Shown one piece after another: positions 47,401 through 56,481 of a stretch of DNA of 64,000 nt. The position numbers and the translations under genes were made by a program. How positions within the stretch are numbered: position 1 is the stretch's first letter; the number at the start of each line of letters is the position of its first letter. The notes beneath the pieces are model-generated. The model did no database searches. It was not told the origin of the DNA and was given only the letters and a program-made list of their open reading frames with translations. The DNA lies in NCBI GenBank assembly GCA_964626665.1, contig CAZVGK010000003.1, positions 32,001 to 96,000 on the forward strand. The letters run 5' to 3'. Source of the stretch: an uncultured Gemmatimonadota bacterium. GTDB lineage: Bacteria; SM23-81; DAOVCL01.

Positions 47401-49422
47401 ATAGGGAAGGAAGTTGTGGGCAGTCACCGTGAGCTGTAAGGGGGAAGAGGAAGAGGTCGGAAAGGAGAAGTTCATCTCCCCCTTGGCATCTGTCCTTCCG
47501 GACTCATAGACATCCTCCCCGTTCATCAGGCAGACCAAGGCCCCAGGGAGAGCCGTTTGGCCGTCTGAAACGGAAATCTGTAGGTTATTTTCTCCATAAT
47601 TTGCCGTTTGAGGATGATGGACAACCAGGGACCTTGGAGTATCAGTCCAGATAGGCATCTCCGGATCACCCAACAGGTTTATCTCATACTCACACCAACG
47701 ATAGACATTCGCCTGTTGGGCCCTGGGGACATAGCTGGCCTTGTCCAGGAAAAGCGCAGCCCCGATATTGTAAACATCCTCAGCAAAGAGGAACCTGTAG
47801 AATGTATGATCAAAACGGTCTGAGTAACCATAGCCGGGATTTCCCGGCGAACCCCAACCATAGCGGGAATTGCCAATGAAGGCTACACCTCCTCCAGATG
47901 GGTTGGAGATGAAGTGCTCAGCTACGCAGTCATAATCAAAGGCTGCTGGCCAACAGCCGATGGAGTAAAGGATGGAATAACGAGGGCCATTCGTGAGGTG
48001 ATCCATATACCAGGTATGGAGATAGCCCATCTGACTCCACCAAGCATGGCCATCATGATTTATCAGGTTCTGTCCCTGATTCATAGCGGCCATTATCGAA
48101 TGGATATTCTCATTCCCCTTGGATTCATAGAGCTTGGTAATAGGGTCAAACTGGGGGGGAACCCAATCATCATCGATCATATCCTTCCCCACTCCTGCAT
48201 CCGTGTAAGGGTTATTCCAGAGAATCTCCCCCATAAAGAGCATATTTAGTTGGTAGTCTGTAGGTGGATTCTTCTCATAGGTCAAAACTTTCCCCACCCA
48301 ACCTTGAACCTCAATGGTAGAATCTAAGGAGGCCCGCCCTAAGATGACATCCGGATACATATCCACGCTGTCAGCTACCTCCCCGTAGATTCCATTGCCA
48401 TTGGCATCCCAGTTCCCATCAAGGTCGGCATAGTAGAGGTCACAGGGGATACTATCTTCATCTGCTTCGCCATAGTTGGCACTCATTGCGTAAGCTGTTC
48501 TGGTTGGTATGACATCGGTATCTCCACCCAAAAGAACCCACTCCGTCCCCCAATTTTCTTTAGCAACCCTGATGAAATTCCTGATCTTCTCCTGTTGGTC
48601 TACGCCGCTGTAGTTTTCATATATCCAGGACGTGGTAACTATCTCGGCCCTCAGCCCCTTCTTGGTCTTCCAATCGGCCAGGGGCTGAAAGAGAGGGCCA
48701 TAGCTGTCACTGGTGATAATCAGATAGGGATAATCCACCGAAGTGGAGAGGAAAGACTTAGGGAGATCATCACCAGAGCTTACATCCTCTGGATTCATCG
48801 CCAACTTTTTGGTAAGTTCACCCAATATCCCCGACTTCCAATCCTCTTTACCAGAAGAACCTCTGGCTGGCACAAACTCAATTTCAACTCCTATCTGTTG
48901 ATGAAAAACAAGCCTCTTCTTAGAGGGCAGATACTGCAGGGGATGAACAAGAAAACTTGCTATCCTCTGCCCTCCCATTGAACCTGTGCCCGCATATTCT
49001 ACTATCGAGGAGGGGTAGGGCTCATCGGAAGAGTAGAGGACCTCATCAGGGGGAGTGAAATCTATCTTTAATTCCTTCCTCCCAGGCATCTTCAACAACT
49101 GCGGAGGTTGACAGGGATAGATGAGAAAATCCTCATCTATCTCCTCCACTTTTGTAGAGAGAATTTTGAAGCCTAAAAACTTCTCCCCTGGGGGTATGGC
49201 AAAATGAATTACCTTGACCGGTAGCTGTGGCTTTCCCACCTCTCTCGTGATATCACAACCGGCAAGGGATACTCTATCAAACCCATTCAGTTTCTCTAAC
49301 TTCAACTCATCCTGGGAAAACCTGATGGTTTTGGTTACCCTCCCTGCCCATCCTTCTGCTGGCAGAAGGAGTAAGAAAAGGGAACCCAAGAGCAAACCAA
49401 CCCTCAAACACCTCTTGTCCAT
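44497..49422 (-). CDS. gingipain-like C25 cysteine peptidase with propeptide, Ig/adhesin-like modules and CTD (gene F)
   Basis: propeptide G.PQLP; L.DWK.KKG, VLLGGD, DLYYADLDG, His/Cys dyad (HDGHA, SIGC), NLLGDP; repeated GNGDG..PGE modules. Confidence 0.88.
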   Translation of the reverse strand: MDKRCLRVGLLLGSLFLLLLPAEGWAGRVTKTIRFSQDELKLEKLNGFDRVSLAGCDITREVGKPQLPVKVIHFAIPPGEKFLGFKILSTKVEEIDEDFLIYPCQPPQLLKMPGRKELKIDFTPPDEVLYSSDEPYPSSIVEYAGTGSMGGQRIASFLVHPLQYLPSKKRLVFHQQIGVEIEFVPARGSSGKEDWKSGILGELTKKLAMNPEDVSSGDDLPKSFLSTSVDYPYLIITSDSYGPLFQPLADWKTKKGLRAEIVTTSWIYENYSGVDQQEKIRNFIRVAKENWGTEWVLLGGDTDVIPTRTAYAMSANYGEADEDSIPCDLYYADLDGNWDANGNGIYGEVADSVDMYPDVILGRASLDSTIEVQGWVGKVLTYEKNPPTDYQLNMLFMGEILWNNPYTDAGVGKDMIDDDWVPPQFDPITKLYESKGNENIHSIMAAMNQGQNLINHDGHAWWSQMGYLHTWYMDHLTNGPRYSILYSIGCWPAAFDYDCVAEHFISNPSGGGVAFIGNSRYGWGSPGNPGYGYSDRFDHTFYRFLFAEDVYNIGAALFLDKASYVPRAQQANVYRWCEYEINLLGDPEMPIWTDTPRSLVVHHPQTANYGENNLQISVSDGQTALPGALVCLMNGEDVYESGRTDAKGEMNFSFPTSSSSPLQLTVTAHNFLPYEAQIPVQGEGAYLSYWGTAIQDGTGGNGDGELNPGETVDLVVTLKNLGSHTASEVTGLLRTDDTLVQITDSTAQFGDIGSSDTASSSFGFSLSAEASNNYAIPFTLFLTDSQGDTCEQALNLLVVAPVLVFEGYTINDGEDGVLEPGEEAELSLTLANVGGGLAKGVEGIVSTQDSCVEFPRCMVDFGDIPPGSTEVGTIGVTALSGCVAPHFTKVLLDCSTQEGESFQDGFILTIGQPGFSDSMEAGSGEWIHEGTDDLWHLTTQRAHSGNYSWYCGHEGSWSYDNNMDCYLETPELVLPPKSVLSFWLWYETTTYGTDGIYVETNDGSGWRVLDFIASGGALDSVLIGNSWLEDRYDLSPIYPCGTEMKVRLRFVSDGGDVSEGYYVDDVWVGSDTVASGALLSLTGHQIQDDGGGGTQGNGNGYPDPGEIVGVAGMIRNFGDAMAPDTKVHLWSKDPYVTILNGLASYGNILPADSSLPADNLLLSLSPDIPVNHKIFCSFLITDSKGDSWDNTLKMKVLEPEIGLETVSLDDIGGNHNGIPDPGETCNILLYLRNDGGRKASGTKVVLSTESADAVVLDNTANFPDIPVDSIAANSMDSLTVQIADSLTDPIIPFQVRVSEGEGCYTKELSFSLAVGWGRSLLVEDDGLVDNRGYYAEVLESLGVMFEVWDVDANGPLSEENLMRFRNVIWYMGGEMPCPLTSEDREHLKTYLDGGGSLLISGQWALYGQQGTDFYRDYLYADYISPSTYYHYLLGVDNNPVIDGLNIELNQTDDNAQDAPGEIDPIPPAFSILVYDTTSGEDGQIISSGTGALAVDNGDYRLVFLAFGLEGVEPIHSRVEFLHRILNWLWGATGVEEDQEARSTLPKSFSLSQNYPNPFNPTTLIRYTIPAVSDQPSKVSLKVYNILGQEVRTLINKKQAPGYYRVIWDGKDEDGAPVSSGIYFYRLVARDFVGVKKMILLK

Positions 49423-49510
49423 CTTTACCTCCTGTATTTATGCTTAGGGTACATTTTACAGAAACAAAAAGGGGGAAATCATTCTCCTAAATTCGCTATC
49501 ACCTCCTTTA

Positions 49511-50506
49511 TCAGGGAATGGAAAGAAGTTTTTCTAAGGCCTTCCCACCACAGAGGTGGGAAAGATAGCCAATTGCCTCCTTTAAATCCGCCTTATCCCT
49601 GAATTTGATCTTCAGTTCATATATATCTCCCTCAAAATATGGTGGAGGATTAAGAGAGAGGTTTGGTGGCAATTTCAATTCCTCAACCACTTTTTTGTAT
49701 TCCTCCTCTGCCTTTCTATAGATCGGGTATCTCTCCCCTTTGAGATGTTCCTCTATCTTCTTAGCCTTCACCGGTAAGGGCCAATCCTCTCTGGCCATTA
49801 TCTCCTCCACCTTAGGATTCTTCTCCAAAATCTCAGAAGGAGACAGCCCTTTCAACTTAGCCAGATCTCCAAGCAATAAGAGGAATTCTTTCTGCCAATT
49901 CTTACTCAGCCTTAGCCTCTTGATCCAGTGGAATATTTTCTCCCTCTCCGATTCAGGGATTTGAGCCAGGAGATTCACAGCCTCCAAGGAGACCTTGCCA
50001 CTGGCCACTTCATCCTTGATCTTCTCCTCCATTTTGGCCAAGCCCAGATAGAGCTTCAAAACCTTATCACTTCTACCCAATCCTAAAAGGGGAAGGAACT
50101 CATCCCTCACCTTGTTGCCAGGGAGGCCAAATTGGTCGATTAACTTCTCCATCACGGTTGACTTCTCTACCTCGTCCAAGAATCTTGTGCCCAGGTTCTC
50201 ATAAAGGTTGAAAAGAAAGAGCCTTAACTCGGTGACCCCTCCCTCAACTATCTTCGTCTGAAAACCCCTTACACCAAGCTTTTTTAGGGCCAGTATCCGC
50301 CTATATCCAGTGACCAACCTGAAACCATTTTTCTTCCTTTGAAGAAGGGGTTGATGGGTGAGACCTATCCTCCCAATGGAGGCCACTAGACCATCTATCT
50401 CAGGCCTTAAGGTGAATATATAGGTGAGATCGGAACAATCAATCTGAGAAATACTTACCCAGGCACTCCTACTTGGGATTGGCTCCAGTATATTGGCAAG
50501 GATCAT
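49511..50506 (-). CDS. ParB/Srx N-terminal domain protein
   Basis: LVASI..IGL.HQP, LVTGYRRI.A, EN..R..L..VE. Confidence 0.7.
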   Translation of the reverse strand: MILANILEPIPSRSAWVSISQIDCSDLTYIFTLRPEIDGLVASIGRIGLTHQPLLQRKKNGFRLVTGYRRILALKKLGVRGFQTKIVEGGVTELRLFLFNLYENLGTRFLDEVEKSTVMEKLIDQFGLPGNKVRDEFLPLLGLGRSDKVLKLYLGLAKMEEKIKDEVASGKVSLEAVNLLAQIPESEREKIFHWIKRLRLSKNWQKEFLLLLGDLAKLKGLSPSEILEKNPKVEEIMAREDWPLPVKAKKIEEHLKGERYPIYRKAEEEYKKVVEELKLPPNLSLNPPPYFEGDIYELKIKFRDKADLKEAIGYLSHLCGGKALEKLLSIP

Positions 50507-51330
50507 AACCTCTCCCTCATTAGCTGTGGAAGATTAAGGTAGCACTGCCCTTCTTCAATTCTTCCCCTTTTTATACAGCCCTGTCCATAGATGCGACACT
50601 TCTCCTGGAGGACTGCCAAGACACCCTCCCTCTCCCCTACCCCATCCTGGGAGAGGAGCTTAACCAAAGCCTTTATCCTGAACCTATCCTGCCCCCAATA
50701 GATATGGGAGAGCTGGTCTGCTCTTCCTCCCCTCTTTACAATCAGTGGCTCCTCAACGAGGTAGATGGGCATCCGGGAACCTATCCTCAACCAGAGGTCG
50801 TAATCCTCACAAACAGGTAAGCTCTCATCGAACAGTCCGACTTCTGCGAATACCCCCCTCTCGATCATCACCGACGAGGGACTGATGAGACAAAGGGGAA
50901 GAAGCCTTTTCAAAATCCAGCCGGAATATTTCCTGTGCCTCTTCCCCGGGTTGACCCTCTTTCCCTCTCTCATCCAGATCTCATCTGTATAGGAGACCCT
51001 TATCTCAGGGTGATCTCTCATCAGTCTGATCTGCTCCTTCAGCTTATCATTTAGCCAAAGATCATCTGAGTCTAAAAAGCAGATGTACCGCCCCCTAGCC
51101 ATCCTTATCCCCTGGTTTCTGGCCGCACTTACCCCCAGGTTCTCCTGGAAGAGATATTTCAACTTTCGGTGCTCGGAGATCACCTCTTGGGTGGAGTCTG
51201 TTGAGCCATCGTCAACAACTATCAGCTCGAAATCGGTGTAGCTCTGGGAGAGGACGGACTCTACCGCCTGGGGGAGCAGATCCGCCCGATTATAGGTGGG
51301 AATAATTACACTTACCTCAGGGATCCTCAC
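50503..51330 (-). CDS. glycosyltransferase family 2
   Basis: SVIIPTYNR, VDDGSTD, FLDSDD, EDYDLWLR. Confidence 0.92.
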   Translation of the reverse strand: MRIPEVSVIIPTYNRADLLPQAVESVLSQSYTDFELIVVDDGSTDSTQEVISEHRKLKYLFQENLGVSAARNQGIRMARGRYICFLDSDDLWLNDKLKEQIRLMRDHPEIRVSYTDEIWMREGKRVNPGKRHRKYSGWILKRLLPLCLISPSSVMIERGVFAEVGLFDESLPVCEDYDLWLRIGSRMPIYLVEEPLIVKRGGRADQLSHIYWGQDRFRIKALVKLLSQDGVGEREGVLAVLQEKCRIYGQGCIKRGRIEEGQCYLNLPQLMRERL

Positions 51331-51671
51331 TTACCAAAGCTGGCCACCGCCCTTTCCGCACTCTCGTAGGTGTCGAAGATGGTAATCAGCTTGGTTATCA
51401 TCAGAATGCTCTGCACCCTCTCGGTGACCTGGGCTAATTTGAGATCACCCCCAGCATTCTTCAGGGAAGTATAGGCCCCCATCAAGGCCCCTAAGCCAGA
51501 GCTATTCAACCACTTTACCTTACCCAAATCAATAACCACCTTCTTCATCCCATCGGCTATGAGGCTCTTGATATGATCGTGGAACTCGGCGGTCTCCGGC
51601 CCCCCCATCAGTTTGCCGCTTAGGCTGACCACTGCCACATCGCCCTTTATCTCCTCCTTTATCTTCACCAA
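51327..51671 (-). CDS. STAS-domain anti-sigma factor antagonist
   Basis: VVIDL..V.WLNSSGLG.L, GG.LKL, ITKL. Confidence 0.9.
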   Translation of the reverse strand: MVKIKEEIKGDVAVVSLSGKLMGGPETAEFHDHIKSLIADGMKKVVIDLGKVKWLNSSGLGALMGAYTSLKNAGGDLKLAQVTERVQSILMITKLITIFDTYESAERAVASFGK

Positions 51672-51773
51672 TTACCTCCTTGTTTGTGGTCAATTTAATA
51701 TTTTTACCTGAAGATGGCAAGGGATTTGTGGCCCGTTTCTCCATTTTATCAATCGGTTTATAGTATTTTGCTC

Positions 51774-51800
51774 ACTTAACCCAGATATCCCCATAGCTGC
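51774..51800. repeat. 27-bp direct repeat (att-like) of 55893-55919
   Basis: ACTTAACCCAGATATCCCCAT(A/G)GCTGC, 26/27 identical; equals the 3' end of gene 55891-56481. Confidence 0.9.
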
Positions 51801-52044
51801 AATTGAAATTGTCCGACTATTTTGTTGCTATCCAGGGCAATTTTTTGACCTGCCTCAATCGTCCAAGCCTTTGTTCTCGAATGGCTTACGTGGGTCGGTA
51901 TGTGGATCGGCGTCTTTTCTATGTTGTCCTAATTTCCCCTTAGTGAAACAGAGTTGGCTAAAAGTCTATTGCCCAAACACCTGAAGGAGGCTCCACGGAG
52001 TAGCAACCTTATAAGGTTCTCAGCCAGGTCACCTGTTTTTCCCC

Positions 52045-52073
52045 TTGACACATCCAAGGAAGATGGCTATTTT
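52045..52073 (+). promoter_or_regulatory. sigma70 promoter facing the SIR2-STAND gene
   Basis: TTGACA-17 bp-TATTTT; 10-bp perfect IR ATGTGACTCG/CGAGTCACAT at 52111-52139 downstream. Confidence 0.5.
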
Positions 52074-52177
52074 GAGTACACCTGTTATGAGACGACTCAA
52101 AGCACTTTTCATGTGACTCGGCTTTTATGCGAGTCACATAACACGAAAAAAGCCATTGAGATTTATTGCTATAAGTT

Positions 52178-52405
52178 CAGAACTCGTGAAATGGGTTGAG
52201 AGACCAAGGCGATAACCAGCTAATATAGCTTGTTATAACGACTTAGTGAAAAAGCGGCGGTTTTGAAAGATACGACTTAATTTTCACGCATTTTTGACCT
52301 CAGGAAAAGGCAGAATTGCTCTGTTATCCAGTACCTTTAAATCGAAAGGTCCGCTAAAATGCGTTATTTAAGGACACCTTTTTAGGTCCTATTTCACGAG
52401 TTCTG
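52178..52405. mobile_element. 228-bp MITE
   Basis: perfect 15-bp IR CAGAACTCGTGAAAT; 5-bp duplication AAGTT (52173-52177, 52406-52410). Confidence 0.85.
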
Positions 52406-52527
52406 AAGTTATTTAAAATGTGAAGTTATATTGGTTATTGACCGGTGGGATGGTACGACGAGATCTCAGTCCATAAGCTGTTATGAAACTAATATAAACT
52501 GTTAAGCTATACCCCCTTTTCTCAAGT

Positions 52528-55500
52528 ATGATGGAATTACCGAAGAATCTCGTTCATCAGGTTAGGCAAGGACAGACCGTCCTTTTCTTGGGCGCCGGTG
52601 CAACCATCGGTGCTCAGACACCCGATGAGAAAAAACCACCTCTCGGGAATGAGCTTCGTGACCGGATTGCGGAGCAATTCCTAACTGGCGATTACTCTTC
52701 GGAAAGCCTAGCGTGGGTAGCCGAATTGGCCATCTCGGCCACAGATCTTTTTGAGGTCCAAGACTTCATCGCCGACCAATTTCGTGACCTCAAGCCAGCG
52801 GATTTCCATCTCCTGATTCCAACGTTTAAGTGGCGGGGGCTTGCGACAACTAATTACGATCGCGTCGTCGAAACCGCCTACAATTCCTCGGGCGAGGCGA
52901 TCCAAACGGTCGTGCCATTCCTCTCGAATAAGGATCGAGTCGACGAGAAACTGCGGGACCCATCTTCCGTGGCTCTGCTAAAGTTACATGGTTGCATCAC
53001 TCATACGCATGACGAGCTATTACCTCTAATTCTTACGATGGATCAGTATGCGACCCATGGGAGTGGGCGCACCCGTGTCTTTCAAATGCTGGAAGAGTGG
53101 GGCAGTGAGAATACCATCATTTTCGTGGGGCATACTCTTCACGATCCGAACCTACGGGGCATACTTTTAGATCTAGCTCAAAAGGTACCGTCCCGTCCTC
53201 GGTATTACTTGGTGCGACCTGGTCTAAACGATGTAGAACGCGATTTCTGGAGTAAGAAGCGTATCTCCGTGCTCGACGGTACATTCGAAGATCTGTTGAA
53301 AGCATTGGATACAGCTATAGTGAAGAGCATGCGCCCCTTACTGGCAAAGCTCGAGGCAGACCATCCCGTCCGGCTACGTTTCGTGGTTAAGGACAGACCT
53401 TCTACCGCGCTAATAGAGTTCCTGGCAAATGACTTCGAGTATGTACACGAAGGTGTTCCTAGCACAGCTGGCAATCCTTCCCGCTTCTACTCGGGCTTTG
53501 AACTTGACTGGTATCCAATCCTGAAGGATCTCGATGTGCGCCGAGGGCTTACGAATAAGCTTCTTGAAGATATAGTTTTACGTCCCGAAGAAGATCGCCC
53601 TTCCCAAGTTGAGCTTTATGTAGTCAAGGCGGAAGCTGGTGCAGGCAAGTCGGTTCTTCTTCGGCGAGTCGCTTGGGAAGCCGCTACAAATGCAGGGGTA
53701 CTTTGTCTTCGCCACCGTGGGACAACCCTACCTAGCCTTGAGGCGCTGCGAGAACTTAGTGAGGCCACAAATGAGCGGATTTTCCTTTTTGTTGACAATG
53801 CTGCTGATTACTTATCATTAATACTTAGAATTCTTGAGTTTGCGCGATCAAAAAAACTCCATCTTACCCTAATCACAGCTGAGCGTGTCAACGAATGGAA
53901 TGTCCGTTGCGAGGCTCTCGAGGAGTACCTTTCGGACCAATATCAGCTTCATTACCTGAGCCGGTCGGAGATTGAAACTCTCGTAAGGCTTCTCACAAAG
54001 TACGACTCTCTCGGACCTAACCTCGCAGACAAGACCTTCGAGGAGCAAGTAGGTGAATTCGAAAAAAGGGCAGGTCGTCAGCTTCTAGTAGCACTTCATG
54101 AGGCCACCCAAGGTCGCCCGTTTGAAGAGATACTCCTTGACGAGTACGAGAGTATTATCCCGCCGGAAGCCCAGCGCCTCTATCTCACCGTCTGTGTGCT
54201 TAATAGGCTGAAAGTGCCGGTCAGGGCCGGTTTGATATCCCGGGTCCACGGCATCCCGTTCGAGAAGTTCCGAGAGCGCCTCTTCAGGCCACTCGAGCAT
54301 GTTGTTCATGTAGTCCAACTGCCTTGGGGCGACTATGCTTACCGAGCCCGGCACTCAGAGATTGCTCAGATTGTTTTTGAACAGGTACTCACAGAGTCTA
54401 CGGAGCGGTTTAATGAGTACATCCGTATTGTCCGCGCTCTGAATCCGATCTATTCAGTAGACTACGAGGCCCTAAGGGGTATGCTTCGCGCGAAGTGGGT
54501 CCACGACCTCTTTCCTAGCTATGAGGATGCGAAGGCCATCTACGTTTCAGCGATGGAGATTCTCGGCGATGATGCCTATCTTCTTCAGCAAAGGGCCAAC
54601 TATGAGCGGATACGCCCAAGCGGCAATCTCACTCTTGCTCAAACTCTCCTAAATAAGGCGCGACAGTTGGACCCGTCAGACTTCACGATTGTGCACACTC
54701 TGGCAGAGGTGCTCCGCGCCCGGGCGGAAGCGGCCGATAAGAGACTTGAGCGAGCCCGCTTTCGTAGTGAGGCTCGAGCACTGCTTCAAAATATAACATC
54801 CACTGCACCTGCCGCTCGGTATGCCTCGGTCACGCGGCTCAAGCTTTGTATCGACCGAGTTCGCGATCTACTGACGGACGAATCCTCGACGGACCGCGAC
54901 ATCGATGAGGGAGTGCGCGATGCGGAACGAATCTTCGAAAGCGCGAGGCAGAGGTATCCAGGAGATAAATTTGTGCTTACTGCTGAGTCCGAGTTCGCCA
55001 AGCTCCTAGAGGACCATGAGCGCAGCTTTGAAGCTCTGAAACGAGCGAGAAATTCGAACCCAAGAGATCCGTTCATAGCCTCCCGACTCGCTGCCATATT
55101 GGTGAGCAGGGGGGACAGGAATACGGCACGGGCATACGTCGAGGAAGCTCTTGAAAGCAACCGAGGAGACAAACGGCTAAACTTCCAGTATGCCCAGCTA
55201 CTGAGAGCAGAAACGGAGACACCAGGTGAGGACCTTGCCTATTATTACCGACGAGCCTTCACCAAATGGGACCACAACTACGAATCGCAGTTCTGGTACG
55301 CCCGATTCACATTTGAAAGCAGGGATTCCGGAAAGGTTCGGGAGTCCAAGGAAGTTTTTAGGCATCTCCGTGAGGTCCCGATGTCTTATGATGATCGCAT
55401 CCGTGTACGGGATGCCGTGGGTGGACTAGGTGACCCAAAACAATTCTTTGGCACAATAACCCGAGTTGAGGCTACTCACGGTTTCGTGTCTATCGATGGA

Positions 55501-55650
55501 CGCGGCGATTGTGTATTCTTCTACGAAACCGACGTGGCAAGTGGTGTCTGGAATCATCTTTCGTCTGGGACAAGGGTGGTTTTTGCGATCGGATTCACTT
55601 TGCGCGGTCCAAAAGCTCTTGGGGTGCGGTTGGAAGGGGGAACGGCCTAA
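52528..55650 (+). CDS. SIR2 - STAND-like NTPase - TPR - cold-shock(OB) protein, putative anti-phage NLR-like effector
   Basis: SIR2 motifs LFLGAGA, TTNYD, KLHG, FVGH; Walker A AEAGAGKS, Walker B FLFVDN; helical repeats; C-terminal G.ITRV...HGFVSIDG.GD.VFF....G.RV.F.I.....GPKA..V. Confidence 0.8.
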   Translation: MMELPKNLVHQVRQGQTVLFLGAGATIGAQTPDEKKPPLGNELRDRIAEQFLTGDYSSESLAWVAELAISATDLFEVQDFIADQFRDLKPADFHLLIPTFKWRGLATTNYDRVVETAYNSSGEAIQTVVPFLSNKDRVDEKLRDPSSVALLKLHGCITHTHDELLPLILTMDQYATHGSGRTRVFQMLEEWGSENTIIFVGHTLHDPNLRGILLDLAQKVPSRPRYYLVRPGLNDVERDFWSKKRISVLDGTFEDLLKALDTAIVKSMRPLLAKLEADHPVRLRFVVKDRPSTALIEFLANDFEYVHEGVPSTAGNPSRFYSGFELDWYPILKDLDVRRGLTNKLLEDIVLRPEEDRPSQVELYVVKAEAGAGKSVLLRRVAWEAATNAGVLCLRHRGTTLPSLEALRELSEATNERIFLFVDNAADYLSLILRILEFARSKKLHLTLITAERVNEWNVRCEALEEYLSDQYQLHYLSRSEIETLVRLLTKYDSLGPNLADKTFEEQVGEFEKRAGRQLLVALHEATQGRPFEEILLDEYESIIPPEAQRLYLTVCVLNRLKVPVRAGLISRVHGIPFEKFRERLFRPLEHVVHVVQLPWGDYAYRARHSEIAQIVFEQVLTESTERFNEYIRIVRALNPIYSVDYEALRGMLRAKWVHDLFPSYEDAKAIYVSAMEILGDDAYLLQQRANYERIRPSGNLTLAQTLLNKARQLDPSDFTIVHTLAEVLRARAEAADKRLERARFRSEARALLQNITSTAPAARYASVTRLKLCIDRVRDLLTDESSTDRDIDEGVRDAERIFESARQRYPGDKFVLTAESEFAKLLEDHERSFEALKRARNSNPRDPFIASRLAAILVSRGDRNTARAYVEEALESNRGDKRLNFQYAQLLRAETETPGEDLAYYYRRAFTKWDHNYESQFWYARFTFESRDSGKVRESKEVFRHLREVPMSYDDRIRVRDAVGGLGDPKQFFGTITRVEATHGFVSIDGRGDCVFFYETDVASGVWNHLSSGTRVVFAIGFTLRGPKALGVRLEGGTA

Positions 55651-55707
55651 TCAGCAGCTGAAGTCTAGCGCAGCTTGCCGCTACCCTGCTTAATCGCAGT
55701 GTTACGC
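55645..55707 (+). mobile_element. degenerate attC-like site overlapping the stop codon
   Basis: GCCTAAT-CAGCAGCTGAAG...GCTTAATCGC-AGT-GTTACGC, 63 bp. Confidence 0.5.
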
Positions 55708-55890
55708 ATCGCATTGGCGGGTTATCGGATTCACAAAGTCAACGTTTACTGTTTCCCAGTATCTCCCTTGTGGGAATCGATGAGTTACTTCTTGGAGTAT
55801 TATACCTCATTGAAGTGATGGCACTCTTTAAGGAGGGTTCTGGCATCGTGTATGAGCTACTGTAGGTCAGCGGGTAGCTACTCATCTTGC

Positions 55891-56481
55891 CTACTTAACC
55901 CAGATATCCCCATGGCTGCGGAGAGAATATTTCCTTCCCTTGTGCTCAGCCTCCACCGCAAAGATGCAGCGGTAGACCCCACCATAAATCCTATCTCCCC
56001 AATAACCTCTTAAATCCCATTTAACCCTATGAAAACCAGCGGGCCGAGCTCCATCAAGGAGTATGGTCACCGTATTCAGCTTATCATCAATAATGGCCAT
56101 AAAGACCCAGGAACTTATGGGCAGGCCATAGGCAATGGTCACAGTATCAGTGGTTGGGTTGGGATATGCAGCATGAATCGAGAAAACCGCGGGCACAGGA
56201 ACTATTTCAAAGGTATCTGATGAAGAATATTCTGGCGGACTGGGAGAAGGACCAATTAACCCTTCATAGGGCCAATTAGAATCCCAATGCCAGTCGTTAG
56301 GGTCAACGGGTCCATTTATGTTGCCTCTGCTATCAGTGAAAGTGATTCCTTTAAAACCGGGGTTGAAAAGCGTAGGATCAAAAGGTTCCTTCTTGCCACA
56401 TCCACCCAAACCAAGGAGGAGGAGGAGAACAAGAGCTGTCCGCCAAATTGATCCTCCAATCCGATTATCAGCCTTAGCCAT
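55891..56481 (-). CDS. lipoprotein with FlgD-Ig/CTD-like domain
   Basis: lipobox LGGC; AYPNP...AG.H...WD......GVYR. Confidence 0.75.
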   Translation of the reverse strand: MAKADNRIGGSIWRTALVLLLLLGLGGCGKKEPFDPTLFNPGFKGITFTDSRGNINGPVDPNDWHWDSNWPYEGLIGPSPSPPEYSSSDTFEIVPVPAVFSIHAAYPNPTTDTVTIAYGLPISSWVFMAIIDDKLNTVTILLDGARPAGFHRVKWDLRGYWGDRIYGGVYRCIFAVEAEHKGRKYSLRSHGDIWVK

